A stretch of 38,487 bases of DNA from Patescibacteria group bacterium (lineage in GTDB: Bacteria > Patescibacteriota > Minisyncoccia > Minisyncoccales > Staskawiczbacteraceae). The notes under the pieces were generated by a model. That model was not told the origin of the DNA. It saw nothing but the letters and a program-made list of their open reading frames with translations, and did no database searches. Shown piece after piece: positions 11,987 to 20,313 of this stretch. Each line of letters starts with the position of its first letter. Position 1 is the stretch's first letter. A program made the translations under genes and the position numbers. The stretch is from the NCBI GenBank assembly GCA_038065835.1, contig JBBTQB010000029.1, positions 1 to 38,487 on the forward strand, given 5' to 3'.

Positions 11987-14020
11987 ATGCTAGTAGAATT
12001 TTTCCCTATTATTGTTTCGCTCTTTGCGATTGCTTTTGTTTGGTTTTTAGTGAAAAAAATCAGCAAAGCGCCAATAGCAAGAGACAAGGCAATTGAAATA
12101 ACTAAAGCTATTCAAGAGGGAGCTGTTGCCTATTTAAAGAGGCAGTATAAAACGGTAAGCATTGTTGCCGTTATTTTATTTCTGTTTTTATGGATTTTCA
12201 TGGGTCCAAAGATGGCATTTGGATTTTTGATTGGAGCTTTTTTGTCGGGATTGGCTGGCTTTATTGGAATGTGGGTATCAACACAAACAAATACAAGAGT
12301 TGCAGAAGGAGCAAAAAGAGGATTAGGCCACGCTTTAGATTTGGCATTTAAAGGAGGCTTGGTAACAGGGCTTTTAGTAGTAAGCTTAGGTCTTTTGGCA
12401 ATATCTGGATATTACTTTTTAACAAAGAATATTCAACCCCTTATTGCCCTGGGCTTTGGAGCTAGTTTAATTTCTGTTTTTGCCAGAGTTGGCGGTGGAA
12501 TTTACACAAAAGCGGCTGACGTTGGAGCCGATCTGGTAGGAAAAGTTGAAAAAGGAATTCCAGAAGATGACCCAAGAAACCCAGCTGTAATAGCTGACCA
12601 AGTTGGAGATAATGTTGGAGATTGTGCTGGTATGGCAGCTGATATTTTTGAAACCTATTCTGTAACAATAGTTGCCACAATGATTTTGGGTACTTTGTTG
12701 TATCCCGCATCTCCGCAGTTTGTATTACTGCCGCTATTTTTGGGAAGCATTTCAATTTTAACTTCTATTATTGGAAGCTTCTTTGTAAAATTACCTGCCC
12801 GTAATGCTTCGCATAGCGATGCAGGCGGGGGTAAGTCAAAAAACATTATGGGAGCCATGTACAAGGGCTTAGCTGTTTCGGTTGTGTTGTCTGCTATTGG
12901 TTTTTACCCCTTAATTTTAAAAATGATGGCAGGACAGGATATTTCAGTAATCAATTTGTATCTCTCAACATTGGTTGGATTAGTTATAGCTGCCGGAATG
13001 TTTGTCATAACAGAATACTACACCTCAAAGAGATATAGCCCAGTGAGGTCAATTGCCAAAGCTTCAGAAACCGGACACGGAACAAATATTATAAGAGGGC
13101 TTGGGCTTGGTATGCAGTCAACTGCTTTTCCTGTTTTGTTGATTGCGATTGGAACCGTTGTATGCTACTGGCTAGCTGGAATTTACGGAGTGGCTTTGGC
13201 AGTGATGGCAATGCTTTCCATATCTGGAATTGTTGTTGGTGTTGACGCTTACGGACCAATTACAGACAATGCAGGTGGAATTGCAGAAATGGCTGGGCTT
13301 CCAGAAGAAATAAGAAATATTACTGACTCACTAGATGCTGTAGGGAATACCACCAAAGCCGTAACCAAGGGCTACGCTATCGCTTCAGCGGGTTTGGCAG
13401 CATTAGTTTTGTTTGCTGTCTACAGCCAAGAAGTAATGAATTTAATGGGCTCAGCAAACGCTGTAAGCTTTGTCTTGGATAATCCAAAAGTGATTGCCGG
13501 ATTATTAATAGGAGGGCTACTTCCCTATTTGTTTGCCAGCTTCTTAATGGGGGCTGTCGGAAAAACCGCAGGCAAAGTTGTTGAAGAAGTCCGCAGGCAA
13601 TTTAAAAATATTGCTGGTTTGATGGAAGGCACGGCAAAACCAGAATACGGCAAATGCGTAGATATTGTAACCAAGGCAGCCATTAAAGAAATGATGGTAC
13701 CAGCTTTAATTCCGGTGGTAGCTCCAATACTAGTCGGGTGGATTTTAGGAGTTGAGGCTTTGGGAGGATTATTGATTGGATCAATTGTCACAGGATTGTT
13801 TGTGGGCATCTCCATGACTACTGGTGGAGCTGCATGGGACAATGCCAAAAAATACATTGAAGAAGGACACCACGGAGGCAAGAAATCATTCGCCCACCAA
13901 GCCGCTGTAACCGGAGACACCGTGGGAGATCCTTGCAAGGATACTGCAGGTCCAGCAATCAACCCAATGATCAAAGTGTTGAATATTGTTGCCCTCTTAA
14001 TAGTTTCTTTCTTGGTGTAA
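11987..14020 (+). CDS. hppA: Membrane-bound proton/sodium-translocating pyrophosphatase
   Basis: 677 aa, polytopic, with signature motifs …[20 protein letters not shown]…, …[17 protein letters not shown]…, …DNAGGIAEM…, …[25 protein letters not shown]. Confidence 0.9.
   Translation: MLVEFFPIIVSLFAIAFVWFLVKKISKAPIARDKAIEITKAIQEGAVAYLKRQYKTVSIVAVILFLFLWIFMGPKMAFGFLIGAFLSGLAGFIGMWVSTQTNTRVAEGAKRGLGHALDLAFKGGLVTGLLVVSLGLLAISGYYFLTKNIQPLIALGFGASLISVFARVGGGIYTKAADVGADLVGKVEKGIPEDDPRNPAVIADQVGDNVGDCAGMAADIFETYSVTIVATMILGTLLYPASPQFVLLPLFLGSISILTSIIGSFFVKLPARNASHSDAGGGKSKNIMGAMYKGLAVSVVLSAIGFYPLILKMMAGQDISVINLYLSTLVGLVIAAGMFVITEYYTSKRYSPVRSIAKASETGHGTNIIRGLGLGMQSTAFPVLLIAIGTVVCYWLAGIYGVALAVMAMLSISGIVVGVDAYGPITDNAGGIAEMAGLPEEIRNITDSLDAVGNTTKAVTKGYAIASAGLAALVLFAVYSQEVMNLMGSANAVSFVLDNPKVIAGLLIGGLLPYLFASFLMGAVGKTAGKVVEEVRRQFKNIAGLMEGTAKPEYGKCVDIVTKAAIKEMMVPALIPVVAPILVGWILGVEALGGLLIGSIVTGLFVGISMTTGGAAWDNAKKYIEEGHHGGKKSFAHQAAVTGDTVGDPCKDTAGPAINPMIKVLNIVALLIVSFLV
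12794..12829 (+). repeat. Family-A hairpin element, 36 nt, in frame in hppA
   Basis: CCTGCCCG-TAATGCTTCGCATAGCGAT-GCAGGCGGG, encoding [12 protein letters not shown]. It is a GC-rich patch in an AT-rich gene. Confidence 0.75.
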
Positions 14021-14372
14021 GGTTAGTTTGATTTGGTTTTTTAGTAGTTCTGTTTTAATATCAACTCTCAATTGAATCCATTTTTCTTGTAGGTCAGCCC
14101 ATTTTCTGCTTTTATTTATTAGGATAAAATTCATCTTCCTTGTTTTCTCGCTATGTTTGCTTAAGGGGAGCAATTTCTTTACCAATGAGATTATTTCCCT
14201 CCTACGATTTATTGTTAGGTCAAACATATTTTGGTTATAAGTTCCATAGTTGGTTTTAGTTCCCTTTTTCCTATCTAGATATAAATAAGGATGATAATTG
14301 AATGTTTCCAGGCGTGTCTTTATTTGTTTTAATATTTCTGAATCACCAGTTCTGATTTTAACAATTTGGGGT
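13997..14372 (-). pseudogene. Truncated LAGLIDADG-type homing endonuclease remnant (C-terminal half)
   Basis: The frame is open from a TGA at ~14373 and reads ...KIRTGDSEILKQIKTRLETFNYHPYLYLDRKK...MFDLTINRRREIISLVKKLLPLSKHSEK.... It resembles the second half of the 20443-21174 protein, has no plausible full-length start, and overlaps the hppA 3' end. Confidence 0.35.
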
Positions 14373-14391
14373 CAGACCCAGGCCTGACCCC
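14368..14391. repeat. GC-rich hairpin GGGGTCAG-ACCCAGGC-CTGACCCC
   Basis: 8-bp stem. The loop shares the CCCAGGCC/GGCCTGGG motif with the family-C loops. Confidence 0.6.
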
Positions 14392-14410
14392 ATCACCTCA
14401 TAAAATGACA

Positions 14411-14439
14411 AATTTAACTAATCAAAAATGTGTTGGGCA
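14411..14439 (+). repeat. 29-nt direct repeat, left copy, flanking the TA cassette
   Basis: AATTTAACTAATCAAAAATGTGTTGGGCA here and AATTTAATCAATCAAAAATGTGTGGGGCA at 15124-15151 (26 of 29 identical). Confidence 0.75.
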
Positions 14440-14493
14440 TGAAAAAATTTGACTTTAAGATTTAAATTGATAAAGTAAAAGTATAAATAAAAT

Positions 14494-14703
14494 ATGACTT
14501 CATTACATATTACAATAAAACAAAATAAGAAACGTCCTAAAAAGACGATAGTTGAGTTTGATGCCGACCAATTCGAAAGAATGGCTGCAACTTTTGGATT
14601 TTTCAACCCTGATTTTTTAAAAAGTTTAGAGGAATCAGAGAGAGATTTTAGAGAGGGAAGATTTCGCAAGATAAAGTCTCTCAGGGATTTGAGGAAAAAA
14701 TAG
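14494..14703 (+). CDS. Putative antitoxin of the RelE/ParE module
   Basis: 69-aa ORF ending 1 nt before the toxin start. Charged C-terminus. Confidence 0.55.
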   Translation: MTSLHITIKQNKKRPKKTIVEFDADQFERMAATFGFFNPDFLKSLEESERDFREGRFRKIKSLRDLRKK

Positions 14704-14704
14704 C

Positions 14705-14974
14705 ATGAAGATTTTGACGACAAGGAAGTTTGATGCGCAGTATGACAAATTACCAATAGATATTCAGAAGAAGGCAGAAAAGCAGGAAAAGCTATTTAAA
14801 GACAACCCACTTCATCCTTCGCTCCACACCGAGAAATTGTCTCCGAAGCAAAAAGAGGTGTGGAGTTTTCGTATAGATAAAAGCTATAGAATTATCTTTA
14901 GGTTTCTAGAAAAAGACAAAGTGCTATTTCTAAACGTTGGGCCGCACAATTGGATTTATAGAATTAAATTCTAA
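14705..14974 (+). CDS. RelE/ParE-family toxin
   Basis: 89 aa. ...DIQKKAEKQEKLFKDNPLHPSLHTEKLSPKQKEVWSFRIDKSYRIIFRFLEKDKVLFLNVGPH... fits the RelE/ParE fold pattern. Confidence 0.7.
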   Translation: MKILTTRKFDAQYDKLPIDIQKKAEKQEKLFKDNPLHPSLHTEKLSPKQKEVWSFRIDKSYRIIFRFLEKDKVLFLNVGPHNWIYRIKF

Positions 14975-14978
14975 AGTT

Positions 14979-15116
14979 ATGCGAAAAAGATTTAAAATTA
15001 AAAAACATAGCTGTGCTTTGTGTAAGCCCCATAAATTAGGATGGGATAATCGTTGGAAAAATAAAGAATTAGCGCACCCAAAAGAGTTTGAAAAATTGAA
15101 AAGTCAACTAGTCTAA
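14979..15116 (+). CDS. Possible small basic protein (45 aa)
   Basis: MRKRFKIKKHSCALCKPHKLGWDNRWKNKELAHPKEFEKLKSQLV, starting 4 nt after the toxin stop. Below the track cutoff. Confidence 0.3.
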   Translation: MRKRFKIKKHSCALCKPHKLGWDNRWKNKELAHPKEFEKLKSQLV

Positions 15117-15123
15117 ATGAGTA

Positions 15124-15151
15124 ATTTAATCAATCAAAAATGTGTGGGGCA
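15124..15151 (+). repeat. 29-nt direct repeat, right copy
   Basis: See 14411-14439. Confidence 0.75.
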
Positions 15152-15220
15152 CCTGCCCGCATTGCTACGCCAGCCCGACAGCCTAGCAGTCTTGGCGGCG
15201 GGCAAAGCGTTGCAGGCGGG
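15152..15220 (+). repeat. Family-A hairpin element, long (69-nt) intergenic copy
   Basis: CCTGCCCGC-ATTGCTACGCC...AAAGCGTT-GCAGGCGGG with an internal GCCCG...CGGGC sub-hairpin. Confidence 0.8.
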
Positions 15221-15237
15221 TGACATTTAAACATATT

Positions 15238-15570
15238 ATGGACTTAGTAAATAAAAAGATTCTTTCTCATAAGGAGATGGTAAAACTAAATGAGGAAGAA
15301 GTCAAAGATTATCTTTCCCAATTAAAAGATGGGTGGGAGTACCAACGAGACCCGGCCTCGTTGGTAAGAAAGGAGTTTAAGTTTGAGGACTTCGCGAAGA
15401 CGATGGAGTTTGTAAATAAAGTTGCAGATATTGCAGAAAAAGAAGGGCATCACCCTGACATCGCCATTCACTACAATAAAGTGGATGTCACCCTTTGGAG
15501 CCACTTTATAAACGGCCTATCAATCAACGACTTTATCATCGCCGCTAAGATCGATAATATAATTTTATAA
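15238..15570 (+). CDS. Pterin-4-alpha-carbinolamine dehydratase (PCD/DCoH family)
   Basis: ...FKFEDFAKTMEFVNKVADIAEKEGHHPDIAIHYNKVDVTLWSH... is the PCD signature. The GTG start in the track (15220) lies inside the repeat, so ATG 15238 is preferred. Confidence 0.8.
   Translation: MDLVNKKILSHKEMVKLNEEEVKDYLSQLKDGWEYQRDPASLVRKEFKFEDFAKTMEFVNKVADIAEKEGHHPDIAIHYNKVDVTLWSHFINGLSINDFIIAAKIDNIIL
15341..15365 (+). repeat. Family-B hairpin inside the PCD gene
   Basis: ACCAACGAG-ACCCGGC-CTCGTTGGT. It is nearly identical to the reverse complement of 22712-22734. Confidence 0.75.
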
Positions 15571-15626
15571 AAATAATTTAGTTTTAGTGAGGTCAGACCT
15601 GCTGTATTCTTAAATCCTAAATCCTA

Positions 15627-15686
15627 CCTGCCCGCCAAAGCCCCTGCCTGTGCGTATCCGCACGCAGACAGGTTGGCGCAGGCGGG
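15627..15686 (+). repeat. Family-A hairpin element, long (60-nt) intergenic copy
   Basis: CCTGCCCGC-CAAAGCCCCTGCCTGTGCGTATCCGCACGCAGACAGGTTGGC-GCAGGCGGG. Confidence 0.8.
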
Positions 15687-15708
15687 AATCTTAAATCTTA
15701 TCGTTAGT

Positions 15709-16338
15709 ATGAAAAAGTTGTTTTTAACTTCAAATGGACTTATGACCCCAAAACTAAAGGAAAGGTTTTTAGAATTTGTTGGTAAAAATCCAAAAGATAT
15801 CAAAGTTCTTTTTGTTCCTACAGCATCACAAAGAAATAAGGACAAAGATTACTTAGAGATGAAAGCAGCTTATTTTAAGCATTGCGAAGAAGAAATGATG
15901 GGTATGGGAATTAAAAAGGAAAACTTATTTTGGCTGGATATAAACAATATTTCAGCAGCTGGAGACTTAAACTCATATGATGTAATGTATATGTGCGGGG
16001 GAAATACTTTTTATTTATTGCACGAAGTTAAAAGAACTGGTTTTGACAAGCAAATTATTAATTTTATAAACAGTGGCAAGGTTTATATTGGAGTTTCGGC
16101 TGGAAGTATTCTTGTTGGCCCAGATATTTCAATTGCGGGACCCTTCGATCTAAACGATATTGGCTTAAAAAATCCCACAGGGCTTGGAGTGACAGATAAA
16201 ATAATTTGTCCCCACTATCAAAAAGTAGAGGAAAAAGTTGTGGTGGGAGTTGAGGAGAAAGGCAATTATAGAGTTGTGCGGTTAAGAGATGACCAATCTT
16301 TAGAAGAAGTAGACGGTATTTCAAAGATTATTGAGTAA
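15709..16338 (+). CDS. Peptidase E-like (S51 family) dipeptidase
   Basis: MKKLFLTSNG...VLFVPTAS...MYMCGGNTFYLL...YIGVSAGSIL. The extended track start (15673) lies in the repeat. Confidence 0.7.
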   Translation: MKKLFLTSNGLMTPKLKERFLEFVGKNPKDIKVLFVPTASQRNKDKDYLEMKAAYFKHCEEEMMGMGIKKENLFWLDINNISAAGDLNSYDVMYMCGGNTFYLLHEVKRTGFDKQIINFINSGKVYIGVSAGSILVGPDISIAGPFDLNDIGLKNPTGLGVTDKIICPHYQKVEEKVVVGVEEKGNYRVVRLRDDQSLEEVDGISKIIE

Positions 16339-16349
16339 AAAATACATTT

Positions 16350-17666
16350 GTGAAAACTGCAAAAAAGGATTTAAGCAAATCGCAATTAGAAATAGAATTC
16401 GAATTAACCGCAGAAGAATTTAATGAATATGTTGATAGAGCCTTAGATCATTTAAAGTCTCATACAAAGATTGATGGGTTTAGGCAGGGACAAGTGCCGC
16501 GGGATTTGGTGGAAAAGAAAGTTGGGCAAGAAAACTTGCTAATGGAAGCAGGAGATTTGGCAGTTAAAAAAAGCTATGCAGGATATATAAATGAAAACGC
16601 CTTGGAACCCATTGGAAGACCCGAAGTGCAAATTAAAAAGATTGCGAAGGGAAATCCTTTTTTGTTTACGGTGAAAATTTCCATTTTGCCTGAAGTCATT
16701 CTGCCGAATTATAAAGAAATCGCCTCACAAGTAAAAGCAGAATCAATTTCCGTTGATGAAAAAGAAATTGAAGATGCCCTAAGTTATCTTCAAAAATCTC
16801 GTGCAAAGTTTTCGCAAATTGATCGAGGGGCAGAAGTAAAAGATTTTGTTGAGATTGAATATTCAAGCAAAGACATAAGTGATGGAAAAAAAATAAAAGA
16901 CAGATTTATTCTTGGTCAAAGCAGGTTTATGAGAGATTTTGAAGATAATATTTTGGGCATGAAAGCTGAAGACCAAAAGGAATTCAAAGTAAAGTTTCCA
17001 CCCGCCAGCAACGCTGAGCGTAGCTCTGCGGGCTGGGACAACGCGCCCAATAACCCTGGAGAAAAAGAAAGCACTTTTAAAGTAAAAATGGTCTCTGTGC
17101 AAAAAATAGAGTTGCCCGAGATTAATGATGAATTTGCAAAATCTCTTGGAGTTTTCGATAGTTTAGTTGCACTAAAAAGTAATTTGAAAGAAGGAATTAC
17201 AATGGAAAAGCAAGAGACCGAGAAGCAAAAAAAACAAGGCGAAGTTTTGAGTAATATTGCAGAGAAGATTAAATTTGATTTGCCAGAAAAAATGGTGGAG
17301 CTTGAAAAAGACAGATTATTACATGATTTAAAACACCAGGTTACAGAGCAGTTTAAAATGCCTTTTGGAGAGTACTTAAAGTCTGTTAAGAAAACAGAGG
17401 AAGAGATAAAGAATAATTATAAGCTGGATGCTGAAAAAAGGATTAAAAATTATCTTGTTTTAAGGCAGATTGGCAAGGCAGAAAATGTTGAAGTTTCAAA
17501 AGAAGAAATTGAGGAAGAAATGAATAAATTTATTAAAAATTATACAAAAGAGGAAGCAGATAAAATTGACATTGATCAACTAAAAGAGTATACTAAAGAT
17601 GCAATTATGAATGAGAAAGTATTTCAAATTCTTGAAACACTTTCTCAAAATTTTTTAAGTCGTTAA
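16350..17666 (+). CDS. tig: Trigger factor
   Basis: GTG start. N-terminal ribosome-binding region ...IDGFRQGQVP..., PPIase-like middle domain and C-terminal arms. Sits directly upstream of clpP, as is typical. Confidence 0.85.
   Translation: MKTAKKDLSKSQLEIEFELTAEEFNEYVDRALDHLKSHTKIDGFRQGQVPRDLVEKKVGQENLLMEAGDLAVKKSYAGYINENALEPIGRPEVQIKKIAKGNPFLFTVKISILPEVILPNYKEIASQVKAESISVDEKEIEDALSYLQKSRAKFSQIDRGAEVKDFVEIEYSSKDISDGKKIKDRFILGQSRFMRDFEDNILGMKAEDQKEFKVKFPPASNAERSSAGWDNAPNNPGEKESTFKVKMVSVQKIELPEINDEFAKSLGVFDSLVALKSNLKEGITMEKQETEKQKKQGEVLSNIAEKIKFDLPEKMVELEKDRLLHDLKHQVTEQFKMPFGEYLKSVKKTEEEIKNNYKLDAEKRIKNYLVLRQIGKAENVEVSKEEIEEEMNKFIKNYTKEEADKIDIDQLKEYTKDAIMNEKVFQILETLSQNFLSR
17001..17036 (-). 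repeat. Family-A hairpin element, 36 nt, reverse orientation, in frame in tig
   Basis: The plus strand CCCGCCAGC-AACGCTGAGCGTAGCTCT-GCGGGCTGG equals the reverse complement of the family consensus with 3-4 changes. It encodes PASNAERSSAGW. Confidence 0.65.
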
Positions 17667-17675
17667 AAAATTAAT

Positions 17676-18269
17676 ATGCCAATAGTACCAACTATTGTTG
17701 AAAAATCACAGCGCGGTGAGCGCGTATATGATATATTTTCAAGGCTTTTAGAAGAGCGCATTGTTTTTTTGGCAGGTCCGGTTACAGATTTGAATGCAAA
17801 TATTATAATCGCCCAGATGTTATACTTGGTTTCAAAAGACCCAAAGAAAGACATAAAGCTTTATATAAATAGCCCCGGAGGTTCGGTCACGGCAGGTCTA
17901 GCAATTTATGACACAATGCAGTACTTAAAGTGTCCGGTTTCTACCATTTGCATTGGACTGACGGCTTCAATGGCTGCAATTATTTTAGCGGCGGGAACAA
18001 AAGACAAAAGGTTTGCCTTACCCAATGCTGAAATTTTATTGCACCAGGTTGCCGGCGGATTCCAAGGGCAGGCTTCAGATATTGATATTACTGCAAAGCA
18101 GATTGTGAAGATAAAGGCAAAAATAAATAAGATTCTGTCTTCGCATACAGGTCAGCCCATCGATAGAGTTGAAAAAGATACCGACAGGGATTTTTACATG
18201 ACTGCAGAAGAAGCAAAGCAGTATGGTTTAATTGACGAAGTTATTGGGTCAATGAAAGAAGTTAGGTAA
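17676..18269 (+). CDS. clpP: ATP-dependent Clp protease proteolytic subunit
   Basis: ...[10 protein letters not shown]...[19 protein letters not shown]...[11 protein letters not shown]...[14 protein letters not shown].... Confidence 0.92.
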   Translation: MPIVPTIVEKSQRGERVYDIFSRLLEERIVFLAGPVTDLNANIIIAQMLYLVSKDPKKDIKLYINSPGGSVTAGLAIYDTMQYLKCPVSTICIGLTASMAAIILAAGTKDKRFALPNAEILLHQVAGGFQGQASDIDITAKQIVKIKAKINKILSSHTGQPIDRVEKDTDRDFYMTAEEAKQYGLIDEVIGSMKEVR

Positions 18270-18298
18270 TTGCGCCTGGAGAAAATATATTATATACG

Positions 18299-18329
18299 AG
18301 CTCACTGAGTTAGTGGGCTTTATTTGTTT
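18299..18329 (+). terminator. Candidate terminator after clpP
   Basis: AGCTCAC-TGAGTTA-GTGGGCT followed by TTATTTGTTT. Confidence 0.4.
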
Positions 18330-18463
18330 AATAAAAACGTGAATCTTGAATCTGGTAGCTTGTATCTTGAATAGAATAGTGAATAGCGAATAAATAAAAA
18401 AATTCTAAATTCAAAATTTAATTCCAGCTTCTAATACAGAATTCTTGATTCTCGTTAAATGAA

Positions 18464-20002
18464 ATGTCATTACAAAATATAATGCTAATATTCTTTACAG
18501 TTGTCTTGTCCTTAATAGGAGGGTCCTTCTTTGGATATTATATTCGTCAGATTATAGCAAAAAGAAGAGCAGGAACATTAGAAGCAAAGTTAGAGAAAAA
18601 ACTACAAGAAACTAAGGAACAGATTTCAAAGTTAGTCAAAGAGTCACAAACCAAAGCAGCTGAAATAATTGAGAAAGCCCAAAAAGATATTGACCAAAGA
18701 AGAAGAGATTTTTTGAGAGCAGAGCAAGTTTTATTAGATAGGGAAAAGATTCTTGATTCAAAAATAGACGCTTTTGACAAGAAAGAACTAGAACTTGAGG
18801 ATAAGGTCCAAAAAGTAAAAGCCTTAAAAGAAGGTGTGGATAAATTAAGGGATGAGGCAGAGTCAAAATTGGAAAAGGTTGCTAGTTTATCTCGTGAAGA
18901 TGCAAAAAAAGAACTTTTGGCTTTAGTAGAGACTGACTACAAAAAAGATATTTTAGAAAGGATTAAAAAAATAGAGGAACAAGGCAAAGAAGTTCTGCAA
19001 AATAAAGCAAGGGAAATTATTACTTTGGCGATACAAAAAGTAGCTGTTTCCCATACACAGGAAATAAGCACCTCTGTGGTAAGTTTGCCTAGTGAAGACA
19101 TGAAGGGGAGGATTATTGGAAAAGAAGGTAGAAATATTAAATCATTTGAAAAATTAACTGGAGCTGAGCTGATTCTTGATGAAACTCCAGATTCAGTGGT
19201 AATTTCTTGCTTTAACCCAATTAGAAGGCAAATTGCTAAAATTGCCTTGGAGAAGCTAATCCAGGACGGTAGGATCCAGCCAGCTAAAATTGAAGAGAAA
19301 GTTGCTGAAGCAACAGCCGAAATTTCAGAAGTTGTTAAGAAGACAGGAGAGAAAACACTATATGACTTGGCAATCTTGGGAGTAAATGACAAGCTGGTTC
19401 AAATTTTAGGAAGATTATTTTACAGAACATCTTATGGCCAAAATGTTTTACTCCACTCAATAGAAGTGGCTTTGATTGCTGAGGCAATTGCCGACGAATT
19501 GGGAGCCGATAGCCAAGTTGCCAAAAGAGGAGGTCTTTTCCATGATATTGGAAAAGCAATTGACCAGCAAATTCAAGGGTCTCACATTGAAATTGGGATC
19601 AAAATTTTAGAGAAGTTTGGAGAGTCAGAAGCTGTAATACACGCAATGAGATCTCACCATGGAGATTATCCAGCAGATACCATAGAATCTGTAATCGTAA
19701 CTGTTGCAGATTCAATTTCAGGGTCGCGTCCCGGGGCCAGAAAAGATACTCTAGAAAACTACCTGCAAAGATTGAAGGCGCTTGAAGACATAGCCAATAA
19801 GTTTGAAGGAGTTGAAAAAACATACGCCATACAAGCTGGCAGGGAAATAAGAGTTTTTGTTAAGGCAGAAAGGGTTGATGATTTGGGAGCCAGTAAAATG
19901 GCAAAGCAAATTGCCCACAACATTGAGGAAGAATTAAAATATCCAGGAGAAATTAAGGTAACGGTAATCAGGGAAAATAGGGTGGTTGAGTACGCCAGGT
20001 AG
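18464..20002 (+). CDS. rny: Ribonuclease Y
   Basis: N-terminal TM helix, coiled coil, KH domain (IIGKEGRNIKSFEKLTG) and HD domain (GLFHDIGKA). Confidence 0.9.
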   Translation: MSLQNIMLIFFTVVLSLIGGSFFGYYIRQIIAKRRAGTLEAKLEKKLQETKEQISKLVKESQTKAAEIIEKAQKDIDQRRRDFLRAEQVLLDREKILDSKIDAFDKKELELEDKVQKVKALKEGVDKLRDEAESKLEKVASLSREDAKKELLALVETDYKKDILERIKKIEEQGKEVLQNKAREIITLAIQKVAVSHTQEISTSVVSLPSEDMKGRIIGKEGRNIKSFEKLTGAELILDETPDSVVISCFNPIRRQIAKIALEKLIQDGRIQPAKIEEKVAEATAEISEVVKKTGEKTLYDLAILGVNDKLVQILGRLFYRTSYGQNVLLHSIEVALIAEAIADELGADSQVAKRGGLFHDIGKAIDQQIQGSHIEIGIKILEKFGESEAVIHAMRSHHGDYPADTIESVIVTVADSISGSRPGARKDTLENYLQRLKALEDIANKFEGVEKTYAIQAGREIRVFVKAERVDDLGASKMAKQIAHNIEEELKYPGEIKVTVIRENRVVEYAR

Positions 20003-20018
20003 TAGAATTTTGACGTCT

Positions 20019-20047
20019 CGGCCATTGCTTTCTGCAATGGCCGTTTT
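20019..20047 (+). terminator. Terminator of rny
   Basis: CGGCCATTGC-TTTCT-GCAATGGCCG-TTTT. Confidence 0.7.
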
Positions 20048-20085
20048 AGTTTCAGTCAAAATTTCACTACCTGGTACGCAAGATA

Positions 20086-20134
20086 CTCACTCAAACCAAA
20101 AACTGCCCATGGGCAGTTTTTGGTTTGAGTGAGC
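20086..20134. terminator. 23-bp perfect palindrome (candidate bidirectional terminator) abutting tRNA-Gly
   Basis: CTCACTCAAACCAAAAACTGCCC-ATG-GGGCAGTTTTTGGTTTGAGTGAG. Confidence 0.5.
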
Positions 20135-20203
20135 GGGTGAGCGGAATCGAACCGCCATCTTGACATTGGCAATGTCATATAATAGCCACTATACGACACC
20201 CGC
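20132..20203 (-). tRNA. tRNA-Gly(GCC)
   Basis: Acceptor GCGGGTG/CACCCGC, anticodon arm TGACA-TTGCCAA-TGTCA, T-arm GGCGG-TTCGATT-CCGCT. Confidence 0.85.
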
Positions 20204-20215
20204 AATTCTAATTTC

Positions 20216-20289
20216 TGGTGCCGGATGGCAGAATCGAACTGCCTTCTGACGCTCTTCAGGCGCCAGCTTTCCCATTAAGCTAATCCGGC
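20216..20289 (-). tRNA. tRNA-Phe(GAA), CCA encoded
   Basis: Acceptor GCCGGAT/ATCCGGC, anticodon arm GGCGC-CTGAAGA-GCGTC, T-arm GGCAG-TTCGATT-CTGCC. Confidence 0.85.
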
Positions 20290-20313
20290 ATAGTTTTATT
20301 TTACCATATACTG

